Shown here: one piece after another, positions 21,076 to 32,056 of the stretch
Layout: each line of letters begins with the position of its first letter
How positions within the stretch are numbered: the stretch's first letter is position 1
NCBI RefSeq assembly: GCF_000281045.1
Contig: NW_008246072.1
Span: 660,434-693,058, forward strand
Length of the DNA: 32,625 bases
Direction of reading: 5' to 3'
Source: Saprolegnia diclina VS20
Lineage: Eukaryota
Program-made: the position numbers and the translations under genes
Notes under the pieces: model-generated
The model's database searches: none
What the model saw: only the letters and a program-made list of their open reading frames with translations
Told to the model about the DNA's origin: nothing

Positions 21076-22410
21076 TCATAGCTTCCAGCCGCGATCGAGG
21101 TCGAGCGCCGTCGCGGGCGTTGCGGGCGGCGGCGGCGGTCGAGTGCGCGTCGATGGAACGGCCGTTAAGGCCTTTTTCTTTTCTCGCTGGACGTTGGCCG
21201 ACGGTTTGAACTTGGACGGGAGCACGATCGGCATGACCTCGTTAAAGTCGCGGAGCGCGTCGTCGATGGCAAAATTTTCGGAAAACAAATTGTCGCGGAG
21301 GAGCGACGTCGATGACGACGTCGACGTGTCGGCAAAGAGGTCTCTGTAGCCTTCGTACGGGAAGGCGTAGTTGTGGACGATCGCGATGATGCACATTTCA
21401 AAGCAAATGAGCACATTTTGGATGCCGGTCGTCACGTCGTCGGTGGTCCACGACCCGATTTCGTGGATGATCTCAAAGCGCGAAAGGAATGCGAGCACGA
21501 CGCTCTGCCAATAACTCAGAAAGAGCACGGCCTTGACGCAGAGAAACTTGGGTACTGGGTTAAACGGGCGAAGGTGCGCCCCGAGCGCAAGGTAGAAGAG
21601 CACGAGGTAGTAGAACGCATACGTGATGCTGCAGTTGAGCACAAGCGAGAGGTAGAGGTAGCCCCGCGCAATGGTAAAGCGACCTTCGTCGTAGAGCCCA
21701 TAGTGCTAATAGAGTCGTTGGGTCATGTCCGGACCGAGGCGCCAAGGCGTCGCACCTCGAGGACGATCGCAATAAAGGTCGTGAGCGGCTTGAGCACGAC
21801 GAACTGCATGGCCGCCATCTTGCAGTCGCGAAGAAACGTCTTGTCCATCTTGATGGGCTTGTAGCAGTGGTTGAGCGGAAACGGATGCGGGAGGTCGGGC
21901 AACGTACGCAGGATCTATCGAAGACGTAGCTCGATAGGGACGTGGTGCGAAGGCCGACGCACCGCAATGACGCGCTCGTCGCTGCCTTCGCCGAGGTACG
22001 CGACCATGAGCGCAAGGAAGAGGTAGATCACATAGGCCTCGTAGCAGTCACGCAGCATATCAAAGATCAATGCGTACGACTACAAGATCCGAAAGTTCAT
22101 GAGCGTGATGCGAAGGCTCCTTGGCGCGTACCCGGAAGCGCAACGAGAGCCACGAGTCGGTCGCATAGATCGGCACCATCCAGAGGATGCCAATGATCTT
22201 GCGCTGGATGAGCGGCTTAGTAAAGTGGCGGAGATGGTTGCGGATGAGCCGCATGGACGTGAAGATCGCGAGCAGCACAAAGAGCCCGGAGACAAACCAC
22301 ACGATCCACTGGACGCGGGCCTCGTCGTCCTCGGGGCTGCGCCCGTTGCTGCCCGACGCCGCAAAGGCGCTGTAGTCGAAGAGGACGCTGTAGACGCCAC
22401 CGTCGGTCAT
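21076..22410 (-). CDS. TMEM184: TMEM184 / organic solute transporter alpha family membrane protein, multi-exon
   Basis: Motifs HLRHFTKPLIQRKIIGILWMVPIYATDSWLSL, DMLRDCYEAYVIYLFL, QFVVLKP, YAFYYLVLFY, PKFLCVKAVLFLSYWQ and IQNVLICFEM..HNYAF. Confidence 0.92.
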
Positions 22411-22781
22411 GCTTGCTCCGTCGTGACAGGGATCGCCTCGAGTGAGAATCGACTTGCACTTGCGCTTTGTATGGGAACCGGTATCCAAAACTCGAAAACG
22501 GCTCTTCATGGGCGCGCCTGAGTTTAAAAACACCCAACTCTACGTTGTCCCTTCAAAGGACTCCATGTTGGCGCATAATCATGATGGCCTTACGTCGCCG
22601 CGCTGCAACGAAGCACCATAGTAGTTCATCGTATTTTCTCGGGTGAGACACGGCGGGACCGCTGTCGGCGCTGTTTCAAGCCCGTGAGAGCGCTATGACG
22701 GCTCCAAAGGTGCGTGTGTTTATTCTTCTCGTGCACCTCAAACGCACGGCCATACAAAACCCAACGTGTTTTTTATTCAAA

Positions 22782-24182
22782 ATGTCAGAGACGCCGCCCG
22801 AGCAATCGACGATTTCGTCCGAGGCAATTGCATGCACGACGTCGCCGCTGCCCGCGATGGCCTCGCCGATGCGCGACGAGAGGTCGGCCCCGCGCTGCGC
22901 GCCCGTCGACGTCGAGTGCATCTTTCCGTCCACATGGGGCACCTCTCGGGCGTACGAACGGTTGCGCCACCTCCGGGCCATTGAAGCGGCTGCGTACGTC
23001 CACCAGGCGCAGCGCCAGCGCAGCCTCGACGCGTCGCTGCCACCGGCGTACACGACGACTGCGATCCGGCGCATTGACGCGCTCATGGAGATCCAGCGGC
23101 GCGAGTGCTTCCGCCTCGAGCGCGCGCACGCTCGCCACGACGAGCACGCGACGCACACGTGCATGTACGCAGCCCGCAACGAAGATGGCGAGATCATTCG
23201 CCCCGAGTTTGTGCGCGACCGGTCGTGGCCGCCAAAGGAGTTTGCGCTCAAGAGTATGCCCAAGCAGGGCGCCGGGCGTGGCGGCGGCCGGAAGCGCAAG
23301 GTGCCGGACAAGACACCTGCCCAGCTCGACGAAGAGCGGCTCGCCTATAGCTACGAGCGTGTCTGCGTCGAGTGCACGACCAAGGTCTCGGCGTTGTGGC
23401 GGCAAGTGGACGCCAAGATGGCCGACCCAAGCCCCGACGCGCAGCTCGTGTACCTCAAGAAGGACGATCTGTGCTTGAACTGCTACGTCAAGCGCACATG
23501 CCCCATCAAGTCGCGTGCGCAACTCGCCGCGAAGAAGCGCAAGGAAAAGCTCAAGGAAGACAAGGTTGCCCAGAAAGTCAAGCCGGCGCCGGTCGTCGTC
23601 GCGCCGGTCGTCGAAGCGCCCATCATGGCGGCCTCGCCGGTGGCCACGAGCCTCGTGCATGACGTCATCGAGCACGATGAGCATGACGCAGATGAGAGCT
23701 CGGACGACAAGAAGCGTAAAAAGTCGTCCAAGAAGTCGTCCAAGAAGAAGAAGAAGAAGGCCAAGAAGAGCGCGACGAGCTCGCCGCCCAACTCGCCGGT
23801 CGCCGACGTCGTCCTGTCGCCCAGCAACACGGACGACGAGCGCAAGCGGTCGTCCAAGAAGCGTGCGCGGGACCACAGCGTGACACCCAAGGCCAAGGCG
23901 AGCAAGACCGAGACCGCCCGGGAGCGCGAGCTCCGCGCGATCGGCCAGTACTGCCCCGTGTGCAACGTCGTGTACGAAGACGACGACGCCAACGACTTCA
24001 TTTGCTGCGACGCGTGTGAAATGTGGGTGCACAGCGCGTGCGACCCCAAGCTCGACACGTAACCCCTCCTCTGTCTCGTTCAGGTGCTGATCATGGAGTT
24101 GCGTGCGAATAGCTTCAAGCTCCAAGAGCTCGCCGACTCGAATGCCAAGTACGTCGGGCCGTGCTGCAGCCAGAAGCGATGA
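22782..24182 (+). CDS. Nuclear protein with a GATA-like Zn finger, Lys-rich tract and C-terminal PHD finger; 2 exons
   Basis: CVECTTKVSALWR..LCLNC and GQYCPVCNVVYEDDDANDFICCDACEMWVHSAC. Intron 24059-24111 is followed by FKLQELADSNAKYVGPCCSQKR*. Confidence 0.75.
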
Positions 24183-24355
24183 ACACAAGGCATGTACTAC
24201 GACCAGAAGACGCAGGATGGAAACACGCAGTTTTTTGTCACAAGCCTCCGAGAGACTGCGATATCACCTTGTGTTGCTACGAACCTGAACACTGCATTGC
24301 GATCGTCGAAGCGCGCGTAGGACGGGGCAAGGCGCGGTATGGATATGGTACACTG

Positions 24356-26959
24356 CTACAAGGCGCTCTTCTCGGGCGAGTCGGAGTCGTTGCCGTCGTC
24401 GTCGTCCTCGACCGTCGCGCACGCGAGCCGCGCCGCGACGGCCTTGGCGCTGGCATTCTTGAGCATTGCCTTCTCAGCACGCACATTCGCCTTGACGTCC
24501 TTGGTCATGGAAGGCACGGCGCACGCGATACCGACTTGGAGGAGGAGCACGGAATGCTCGGCCGCAAAGACGACCCACACTTTTTGCGCCGGCGAAATCG
24601 ACGGAGCGATGCGCTCCATCTGCGTGGTCGTAAAGGCCACATGGAGGCAGTTGGTGAGGACCGCGAGGATCGACATGGCCTGGAGCACAGGCAACCTACT
24701 CGGAAGTAGAGTGGTATATATGTGGAGTGGATCGATACCAGATGCCGATGCCGCTGGCCTTGCGAGCGATCGGGCGCTGCTTGGTGTGACAGAGCTTGAA
24801 CGCGTCGGCCCGCAGAGCCATGAGGTTGTTGATGAGCGCGAGCAACGGCGCCAGCGGGAACGCGATCGAGAAGAAGCTCACGTAGCCAAACTGGATGAGC
24901 ATCTCGATGTAGTCCTCGAACGGGTCGTATTTGTCGAGCTGGCTCTCGTCCCAGACATAGGACGACGCTTGCTCGAGGCGGATGCACTGCCGATGGACCG
25001 CCGTCGGGGCTTTGGTCGCAAAGAGCGGCGACGACCGGAGGAGCTTGGCCGTCGCCACGCTTTTCTTGCGGTGCCGGTACACGCGACGCAGCAGCGGCAC
25101 GCCCGTCTTGACGACGTTGTGCCACATTTGACCCGAGAGCATGAACGTTGCGAGTTGAATGGCGACGCGCAAGAGGTCGTTCCCCGCTGCAAACGCGTAG
25201 TAGTACAAGGTCGCAAACACATGTACGAAGCGGAACGGGAACACCTTGAGGATGAGGGCGCTCTGGAAGGCCGACGCGGTCTTGTGGTTCTCATACTCGG
25301 TCATGCGCGTCGCCAGGAGCGTAAACACCATGTCGAGCATCGGGATGCAGAGACCGTAGAGCATCGGCGTCACGAGCACGTAGACCCAAAACTTGACGTT
25401 GGCAAGCGCATTCAGCTCCGAGAGATTCGACCAGTTGAAGGCAATGTGCGTCAAGTTGGCTTGGAGCGCGAGCGACTCGTCGGCGAGCGCGTCCCTGTCA
25501 GATTGCGTCATCATTTCCGTGGCAAGTCATGTTGACATACCGCGTCGTAAAGGCGTAGTACATGAGCACCAGCACGAGGCCGATCGCAGCCAGCACGAGC
25601 GTGTACGTGACGGCGTACTTGACCCAGCGGTGGAGACCGCCTTTGTGGTACGCGGGTCGAAGCACCTCTTCGTCCTCGTAGCCCAAGGTGCCCCAGCGGT
25701 ACGCGAGCGAGTTGGCTTGGCGCTTCCACGCGAGCAGAAAGCCGGACGCCCAGAGCGCCATAAAGAGCGCATAGTACGGTGCGAACGGCTGATCGAGCGA
25801 CTTGGAGGCGACTTGGCAGTAGAAGAGGTAGACGCCCACTAGCGTCGGCAGCACAAGCCAGCGCGTGTAGAGCTGGACCCACGCAAAGTAGAACGCAATG
25901 TGCTCGCCAAAGTACTCTGCCACCACATCCAATGGCTGGTCGAGGGCGTAGCGCAGAAGTCGATATAGCGTCATCGCAGCGACGGGAACGGACGACGGCG
26001 ACGACGGACGCCAGTAGCACACCCAGTGCGTACGCAGTAGGTCGAGATTGGCCTTGTGCAGCGGCAACATTTGCTCCACGATCGGCAAAAGATCACTAGG
26101 CGTGTGTCAGCAAGTGCCGATATCGATATATTGACAGATAGATTGATAGATTGATACCTGTGCTCATTGAGGCCCGCGCCGTCGTCGGTGGTGATGAGGT
26201 TGTGCACGATGCTCTGCTTCTCCGAGTCTAGAAAGTGCATGTCGCCATCCCAAAAGTCCTGAAAGGTCTCGCGGCAGTCGGCGGCGAACTCGACCCACAT
26301 GAGGTCGACTTGCCGCCGCTTCTTCAGCCGCATCTTCTCCGCGCCAAGCTACGTGTACGACGCATGCTTCGTGTGGAATATGCGCAGCGAAGGGCGGATA
26401 CCTCGAGGACGTGGCCGGGCGCCTTGACCTTGATGAGCGTCTGCTTCCCATCGAGCGCCCGCAGCTTCTTGGTCTGTAGGCCCACGGCATGCAGGCGCCG
26501 GAGCAGCTCGACCTTGGCCTGCTGGGGGTGCTTGCGGTAAAAAGCTTTGAGGTTTGTCGCTGGCGCCACGTGGCGAGCGACAGCGCTGTCGTCCGGTCGC
26601 GTCGGCTTGAGCACGATCGCAAAGTCATACTCGGCCTCGGTCTTGGAGAGCGCGCCAAGGGGCATGCCATCGGCGCTCGCACGGAGCGTGTCCACCGTGG
26701 CTGGATCAATTCGTTGCTGCTTCTTGGTGGGCGAGCCCGAGCCTTCGAGGAGGATGCTCGAGGAGTGCAGGCTCGCTTCGAGCGCGTGGGCCGACACGTC
26801 CTCGGAGGGCCGGGTGGCGTCGGCCTTGTCGGACGCGGCCGTCGACCGACGACGCGGCTGGGGCGCCTCGGGCTCGAGCGAGACCGACGGCCGGCGTGAC
26901 TCGGCGTAGGCTTCGCTTAGGGCCTCGCCGACGGCCATCGCCGCTGCCCTCTGGTTCAT
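24356..26959 (-). CDS. Anoctamin/TMEM16 family channel or scramblase, 5 exons
   Basis: Motifs MLPLH, QPLDVVAEYFGEHIAFYFAW, WKRQ, YENHKT, FEDYIEMLIQFGYVSFFSIAFPLAPLLALINN..RADAFK, RPIARKASGIGIW, AVLTN and EH. Four short GT-AG introns. Confidence 0.93.
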
Positions 26960-27084
26960 CGGTTTCACGTGTCGACTAAACGACTAGTAGTCGCTGATCG
27001 TATGCATTGCTACGGTCTTTTTCCATGCATGGTTTGTATGCAGCTCGCGGGAATGCCAAAGTATGTATTCTCAAGGGTTTAAAT

Positions 27085-27097
27085 GCAGCCAATCGAA
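27085..27097. promoter_or_regulatory. CCAAT box in the 216-bp divergent anoctamin/TPR-gene promoter
   Basis: AGCCAATCG (core 27089-27093). Confidence 0.45.
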
Positions 27098-27175
27098 TCG
27101 CAGAAAGGCCACCGTTTCATGTCTAGTCGCTATATCGACTAAACCGAGGGGAACTACTTTTAGAAAGGGCGCGCC

Positions 27176-29594
27176 ATGGACACGGTCGCGACGACGCTGC
27201 CCGTCCTTGCGCCGCGGTCCACATCACCCACCAAGGTACAACCAGATGTCTTCTTTCTATCAAGATATCAACTCCATCGTCATCTTATAGCCGCGGGCCC
27301 TCGTGCGCATGCAGACGCTACCTGTGTTTCAGCTGAGCCCGAAAGTGGTGGCACCGGGTAGTGGCGCCAAAGACACCAACTCCGGCTTCAAGAAGCGCGT
27401 CGAGCTCACAAAGGCGCGCCGCATCAGCTTCGGTGCGTGGAGCGCCAAGGTCGCGGCCCGCGTACCCACGTTCGAGATTGAAGAGCAGCTGCTCGCGGCC
27501 CCGACCAACGTCGCGTTGCGCATCGACTTGGGCTACCGGTACGCCGAGCAGGAAGGCTCGAAATTCTGGGCGATCGTGCTCCTGGAGCAAGTGAGTTTGA
27601 TGCACGACGAGCGGGGCGGATGGCGCTTCTACCAAGTGCTCGGCCACGCCCACTACCATCTCATGATGCGCCATCCGCGGCCGCACCACTGCTGCGTCTT
27701 CCATCTGCACCAAGCGACCGAGACGTACACGCTCGCCATGTCGTTTCTAGAAAACATGGGCGACGTGCCCCTCATCATCAACTTTGCGACCGCGCTCTTC
27801 ATGCAAGGCGTGAAGGAGCGACCGCTTGAGATGCTCGCGACCGTCAACCTCCACCACGGCATCCAGTTTGGTCTCCTCGACAACCAAATCTACGTCGACC
27901 GACTGTTTACCCATTTCCAGATCCTTGCCGCCAACGACCGACTCGGTGACGCTCTCAACGTGCTCTTTAAAATCAAGCAGTTGCATGCGCGGCCGACCGG
28001 GTACGCGGCGCTAGATTTTGACCTGGTCCGCGCACGCTGCCTCCAGCTGCAAGGCGACCTCCTCGGCTCGTCCGAGCTCTTTTCGCGCATCTTGCTCGAC
28101 TTGTTTGGGCCTGCGACCAACTACGCCGACGAACTGTACGCGAGCATGTGGCACAAGCTCTGCAGTCTCTGCCTCCGACGCGGTACTCCACATTGTCCAT
28201 TCGACAAACGGGATCGACTGAAATGGCGACTAGGACATTTGTTTTTGGCCATCGACTATGCGACACTCGCACTGACGTACGCCAAAGCCGCCAAACTGCG
28301 CGCGACCTTGTACTACATTCGCGGCGTCTCGCACTACTGCCTCCACAATGTCAACGCGGCCGAAGACGACTACCGCCGCGGACGCAACTCGTCCCACGAG
28401 ATCAAACCCATGTATACGCTCCACGAGCTCAAACGCGCATACAAGGACGACTTTGCCCTATTGCTCTCGACGTCAATTCCCGATATTGTCGCGTCCGGTC
28501 GGCGCGGACTCGGAAAAACCACAGCCACGCTCAAGGTCCAGCGGCAATTCCGCCAGTTTTTGCATCGAAAACACCACGGCGCCGACCCGCACACCCTCAC
28601 GCGGCGGCTTCTCGCCAAACAGTCGACGCTCAAGACAATCCGTCTTCAAGAGACGCCTGTTCTTGTCGAGGAGCCGGCGCTGCCACGTACGTCCCTCTGC
28701 AAATTCCACGTCGTAGTTCACCCCTATCCCTAGATCTTGATGACATCGACGTCGCGCCGCCCACGCGAAAGCATATCGACACGATCGCGTCGCTCAAGCT
28801 CTTGCATGCAGAAACCGTGCGGCTCAAGCCGTACCTTCCGCATGCGGCCCCGCGCCAATTCAAAGGGCCGGCCAAGTGCGTTGGCCCGGCGCCACGCAAC
28901 TTTTTGTCACCCGACTTTGACCGCCCGGACGCGCGCCGCCTGCGATCGCTCACGTCGTACCGCCGGGTATTCAATATGTATCTTGTTGCAAAGTCGTACG
29001 ATGGAGCGATAGCTGGGCTACTCGAACGGCGACGTCTCGTACGTGCAGCACTGGCGCGCGCTCCTCGACGTCGGCCTCGAGCTCTTTGCGAGCCCGACAG
29101 CGCTGGCGAGAAGCGTAACCCATGTCCGCACCTTCCACCCGACGCTCGACGAAGCCGTTGCGATCTGCGCACTCGTCGACAGCGACGGAAGCGTCGACGA
29201 AGCCTGCGGCAAGCTCAGTGACGCGGCGTACACCACCGAGCTGCAGTCGCTCGTCGTCGTTCTGGACGTGACGAGCTTTGTCGCGCGGCGGTGGCGGCAC
29301 GTTGGCTCGACCAACGACACGACGGACAAGGACAAGGACGATGACGAGCAACCACTGTTTGCGGTCCCCGAGATTGACGCAGTGACGGGCAAATTCCTTG
29401 TCCATGACGTCCGGACACTAGTGCTGTCACCGGCGCCGGTGGCCGCGTCGGTACCACACCGCAATGTATTTGAGCGCGTGACGAGCCCCGTGTCCAAGCA
29501 CGATAGCTTCCGCCCATTGCATATCATTGACGACCACGTGACGGCGGCGCGTCACGAGCGACGCACCAAGCAAGACATTGTCGTCTTCAAGTAA
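27176..29594 (+). CDS. Uncharacterised TPR-like helical-repeat protein with an IQ-like motif and UBA-like segment; ~5 exons
   Basis: Introns ~27236-27290, 28183-28233, 28688-28733 and 28968-29012 keep the frame open. TPR-like ATLYYIRGVSHYCLHNVNAAEDDYRRG, IQ-like ATLKVQRQFRQFLHRK, UBA-like LDEAVAICALVDSDGSVDEACGKL. Confidence 0.65.
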
Positions 29595-29707
29595 CTATCT
29601 TTTTAAAGAAACAGTGTTTCATGGAAACAAAGTTTGACGGAAACAGTGTTGTATTGCAGTGTTTCAAGCCCCAGGCGGCGTCGTACAGTGTAGTGCATAA
29701 CGAGAGC

Positions 29708-30704
29708 TCAGTAGACGCGCTTGAGAGTCTCGTAGGTGGCGTCGACGAGCTTGATGAGCGCTTCGGGCGAGTCGTTGTTATCGAGGACGATGTTGGCTTT
29801 GGCAGCCTTCTCCTATATAAAAACGAGGGTGCAATGAGCAAGGGACTTCCGAGCAATACGATGGTACAGCGAGGGGCATCTGCGCTTGGATGCGCTTCGT
29901 CGCTTGGTCCTTCGGGAGCTTGTCGCGGCTCATGAGACGCGTGAGCTGGTTCGCCTCCGAGCACGCGACGACGACGATCGGCGTGCAAAAGTACTCGAGG
30001 ATTTGCGTCTCAAAGAGCAGCGGCGCGTCAAACACCACGAGCTTGGCCCGCTTGACGACGCGCAGGTAGAGCAGCTCAAAGAACATGGCCAAGAGGATGT
30101 GTTTCTGCACACAAGAAGCATGACCATGCGTGTTTGAGATCGTATACGTACGTGAGTGCACGAGTTGAGTGTCGCGCGCTTGGCCGGGTCGTTGAAGACT
30201 AGGCTGCCGAGCTTGGCGCGGTCCAGCGTCCGGTCCGGGTTGAGGATGTCCGTGCCAAAGGCGGCGACAATCGCGCGGTGCGCCGGCTGACCAGGCTCGA
30301 CAACCTGGCGCGCGACCACGTCGGCGTCGATGATGACCGCACCTTTCTCGCGCAGCCGCTTCGAGACCGTGCTCTTGCCCGTCGCGATGCCGCCCGTGAG
30401 CCCAATGGCGACGCAGCCGTCGCCAGCGGCAAAGCCAAGCATCGTCAAGAAGAGAAGCACGAGCGCTGCGAGCGTGCCCGAGTTGGAGCGAAGAAACTAG
30501 CCACGTTGCTCGTGAGACTGCATCGCGCCTCGATGATCGGCGTACCATGTAGGCGCCGGCACCAACGAGCATGGCGCCGAGCGTGAGGCCGTACTTGTGC
30601 AGCGGGCGGTAGGCCCACCGCCGGCGAAAGTAGCCGACAAGGCCGCTCGCCGAGAGGATGAGCAGCGCCAGCACCGAGTCCCGGACGAATGCTCCAAAGC
30701 CCAT
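29708..30704 (-). CDS. Dephospho-CoA kinase (CoaE/DCAKD) with a hydrophobic N-terminal extension, ~281 aa, 4 exons
   Basis: Motifs IGLTGGIATGKSTVS, IIDADVVARQVV, LDRAKLGSLVF, LNSCTH, FDAPLLFE and RIQAQMPL. Introns 30497-30545, 30105-30151 and 29813-29867. Confidence 0.92.
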
Positions 30705-30821
30705 GACTTGCCAAATGCAAAACAGGGCTGGAAAGCTATTTCAGCCATTATTTGGTACTTTGGCAAATCGGCCATTATCCGGTCGCACACACTCCTCTGT
30801 ATCCGGCGTTATCCGGTGAAT

Positions 30822-30912
30822 TCCGCCAATCAACGCTCGGTCGCGCAATCCAAGTGCCGAGCTAAGCTTGAGCAATTTGATTGGTCTTTTAAAAATGAGT
30901 TTTGGCCAATAA
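30822..30912. promoter_or_regulatory. Cluster of three CCAAT boxes upstream of the dephospho-CoA kinase gene
   Basis: GCCAATCA (core 30826-30830), TGATTGG (core 30880-30884) and GGCCAAT (core 30906-30910). Confidence 0.5.
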
Positions 30913-31089
30913 ATGGAGACGTGCACAGCGCAGAGGCGCTCACAGGGCTCTCGATCGCCAACATGACGTTTTTAAATGACCTCGCTCAAACTTGGCAAGG
31001 ACGTAGACAATGCATTTGTACATCGAGCGCACTATGTCTGGACCTCGGAAGGGGTCTGGATCGCGTGCAATTGCCAATCCAAGATAACA

Positions 31090-32056
31090 NNNNNNNNNNN
31101 NNNNNNNNNNNNNNNNNNNNNNNNNNNNNNNNNNNNNNNNNNNNNNNNNNNNNNNNNNNNNNNNNNNNNNNNNNNNNNNNNNNNNNNNNNNNNNNNNNNN
31201 NNNNNNNNNNNNNNNNNNNNNNNNNNNNNNNNNNNNNNNNNNNNNNNNNNNNNNNNNNNNNNNNNNNNNNNNNNNNNNNNNNNNNNNNNNNNNNNNNNNN
31301 NNNNNNNNNNNNNNNNNNNNNNNNNNNNNNNNNNNNNNNNNNNNNNNNNNNNNNNNNNNNNNNNNNNNNNNNNNNNNNNNNNNNNNNNNNNNNNNNNNNN
31401 NNNNNNNNNNNNNNNNNNNNNNNNNNNNNNNNNNNNNNNNNNNNNNNNNNNNNNNNNNNNNNNNNNNNNNNNNNNNNNNNNNNNNNNNNNNNNNNNNNNN
31501 NNNNNNNNNNNNNNNNNNNNNNNNNNNNNNNNNNNNNNNNNNNNNNNNNNNNNNNNNNNNNNNNNNNNNNNNNNNNNNNNNNNNNNNNNNNNNNNNNNNN
31601 NNNNNNNNNNNNNNNNNNNNNNNNNNNNNNNNNNNNNNNNNNNNNNNNNNNNNNNNNNNNNNNNNNNNNNNNNNNNNNNNNNNNNNNNNNNNNNNNNNNN
31701 NNNNNNNNNNNNNNNNNNNNNNNNNNNNNNNNNNNNNNNNNNNNNNNNNNNNNNNNNNNNNNNNNNNNNNNNNNNNNNNNNNNNNNNNNNNNNNNNNNNN
31801 NNNNNNNNNNNNNNNNNNNNNNNNNNNNNNNNNNNNNNNNNNNNNNNNNNNNNNNNNNNNNNNNNNNNNNNNNNNNNNNNNNNNNNNNNNNNNNNNNNNN
31901 NNNNNNNNNNNNNNNNNNNNNNNNNNNNNNNNNNNNNNNNNNNNNNNNNNNNNNNNNNNNNNNNNNNNNNNNNNNNNNNNNNNNNNNNNNNNNNNNNNNN
32001 NNNNNNNNNNNNNNNNNNNNNNNNNNNNNNNNNNNNNNNNNNNNNNNNNNNNNNNN
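31090..32056. other. Assembly gap (N run)
   Basis: Run of N. Confidence 1.

Noticed and set aside
26128..26157. TATCAATC short repeats inside an anoctamin intron
   Set aside because: A two- to three-unit low-complexity slippage repeat with no evident structure.
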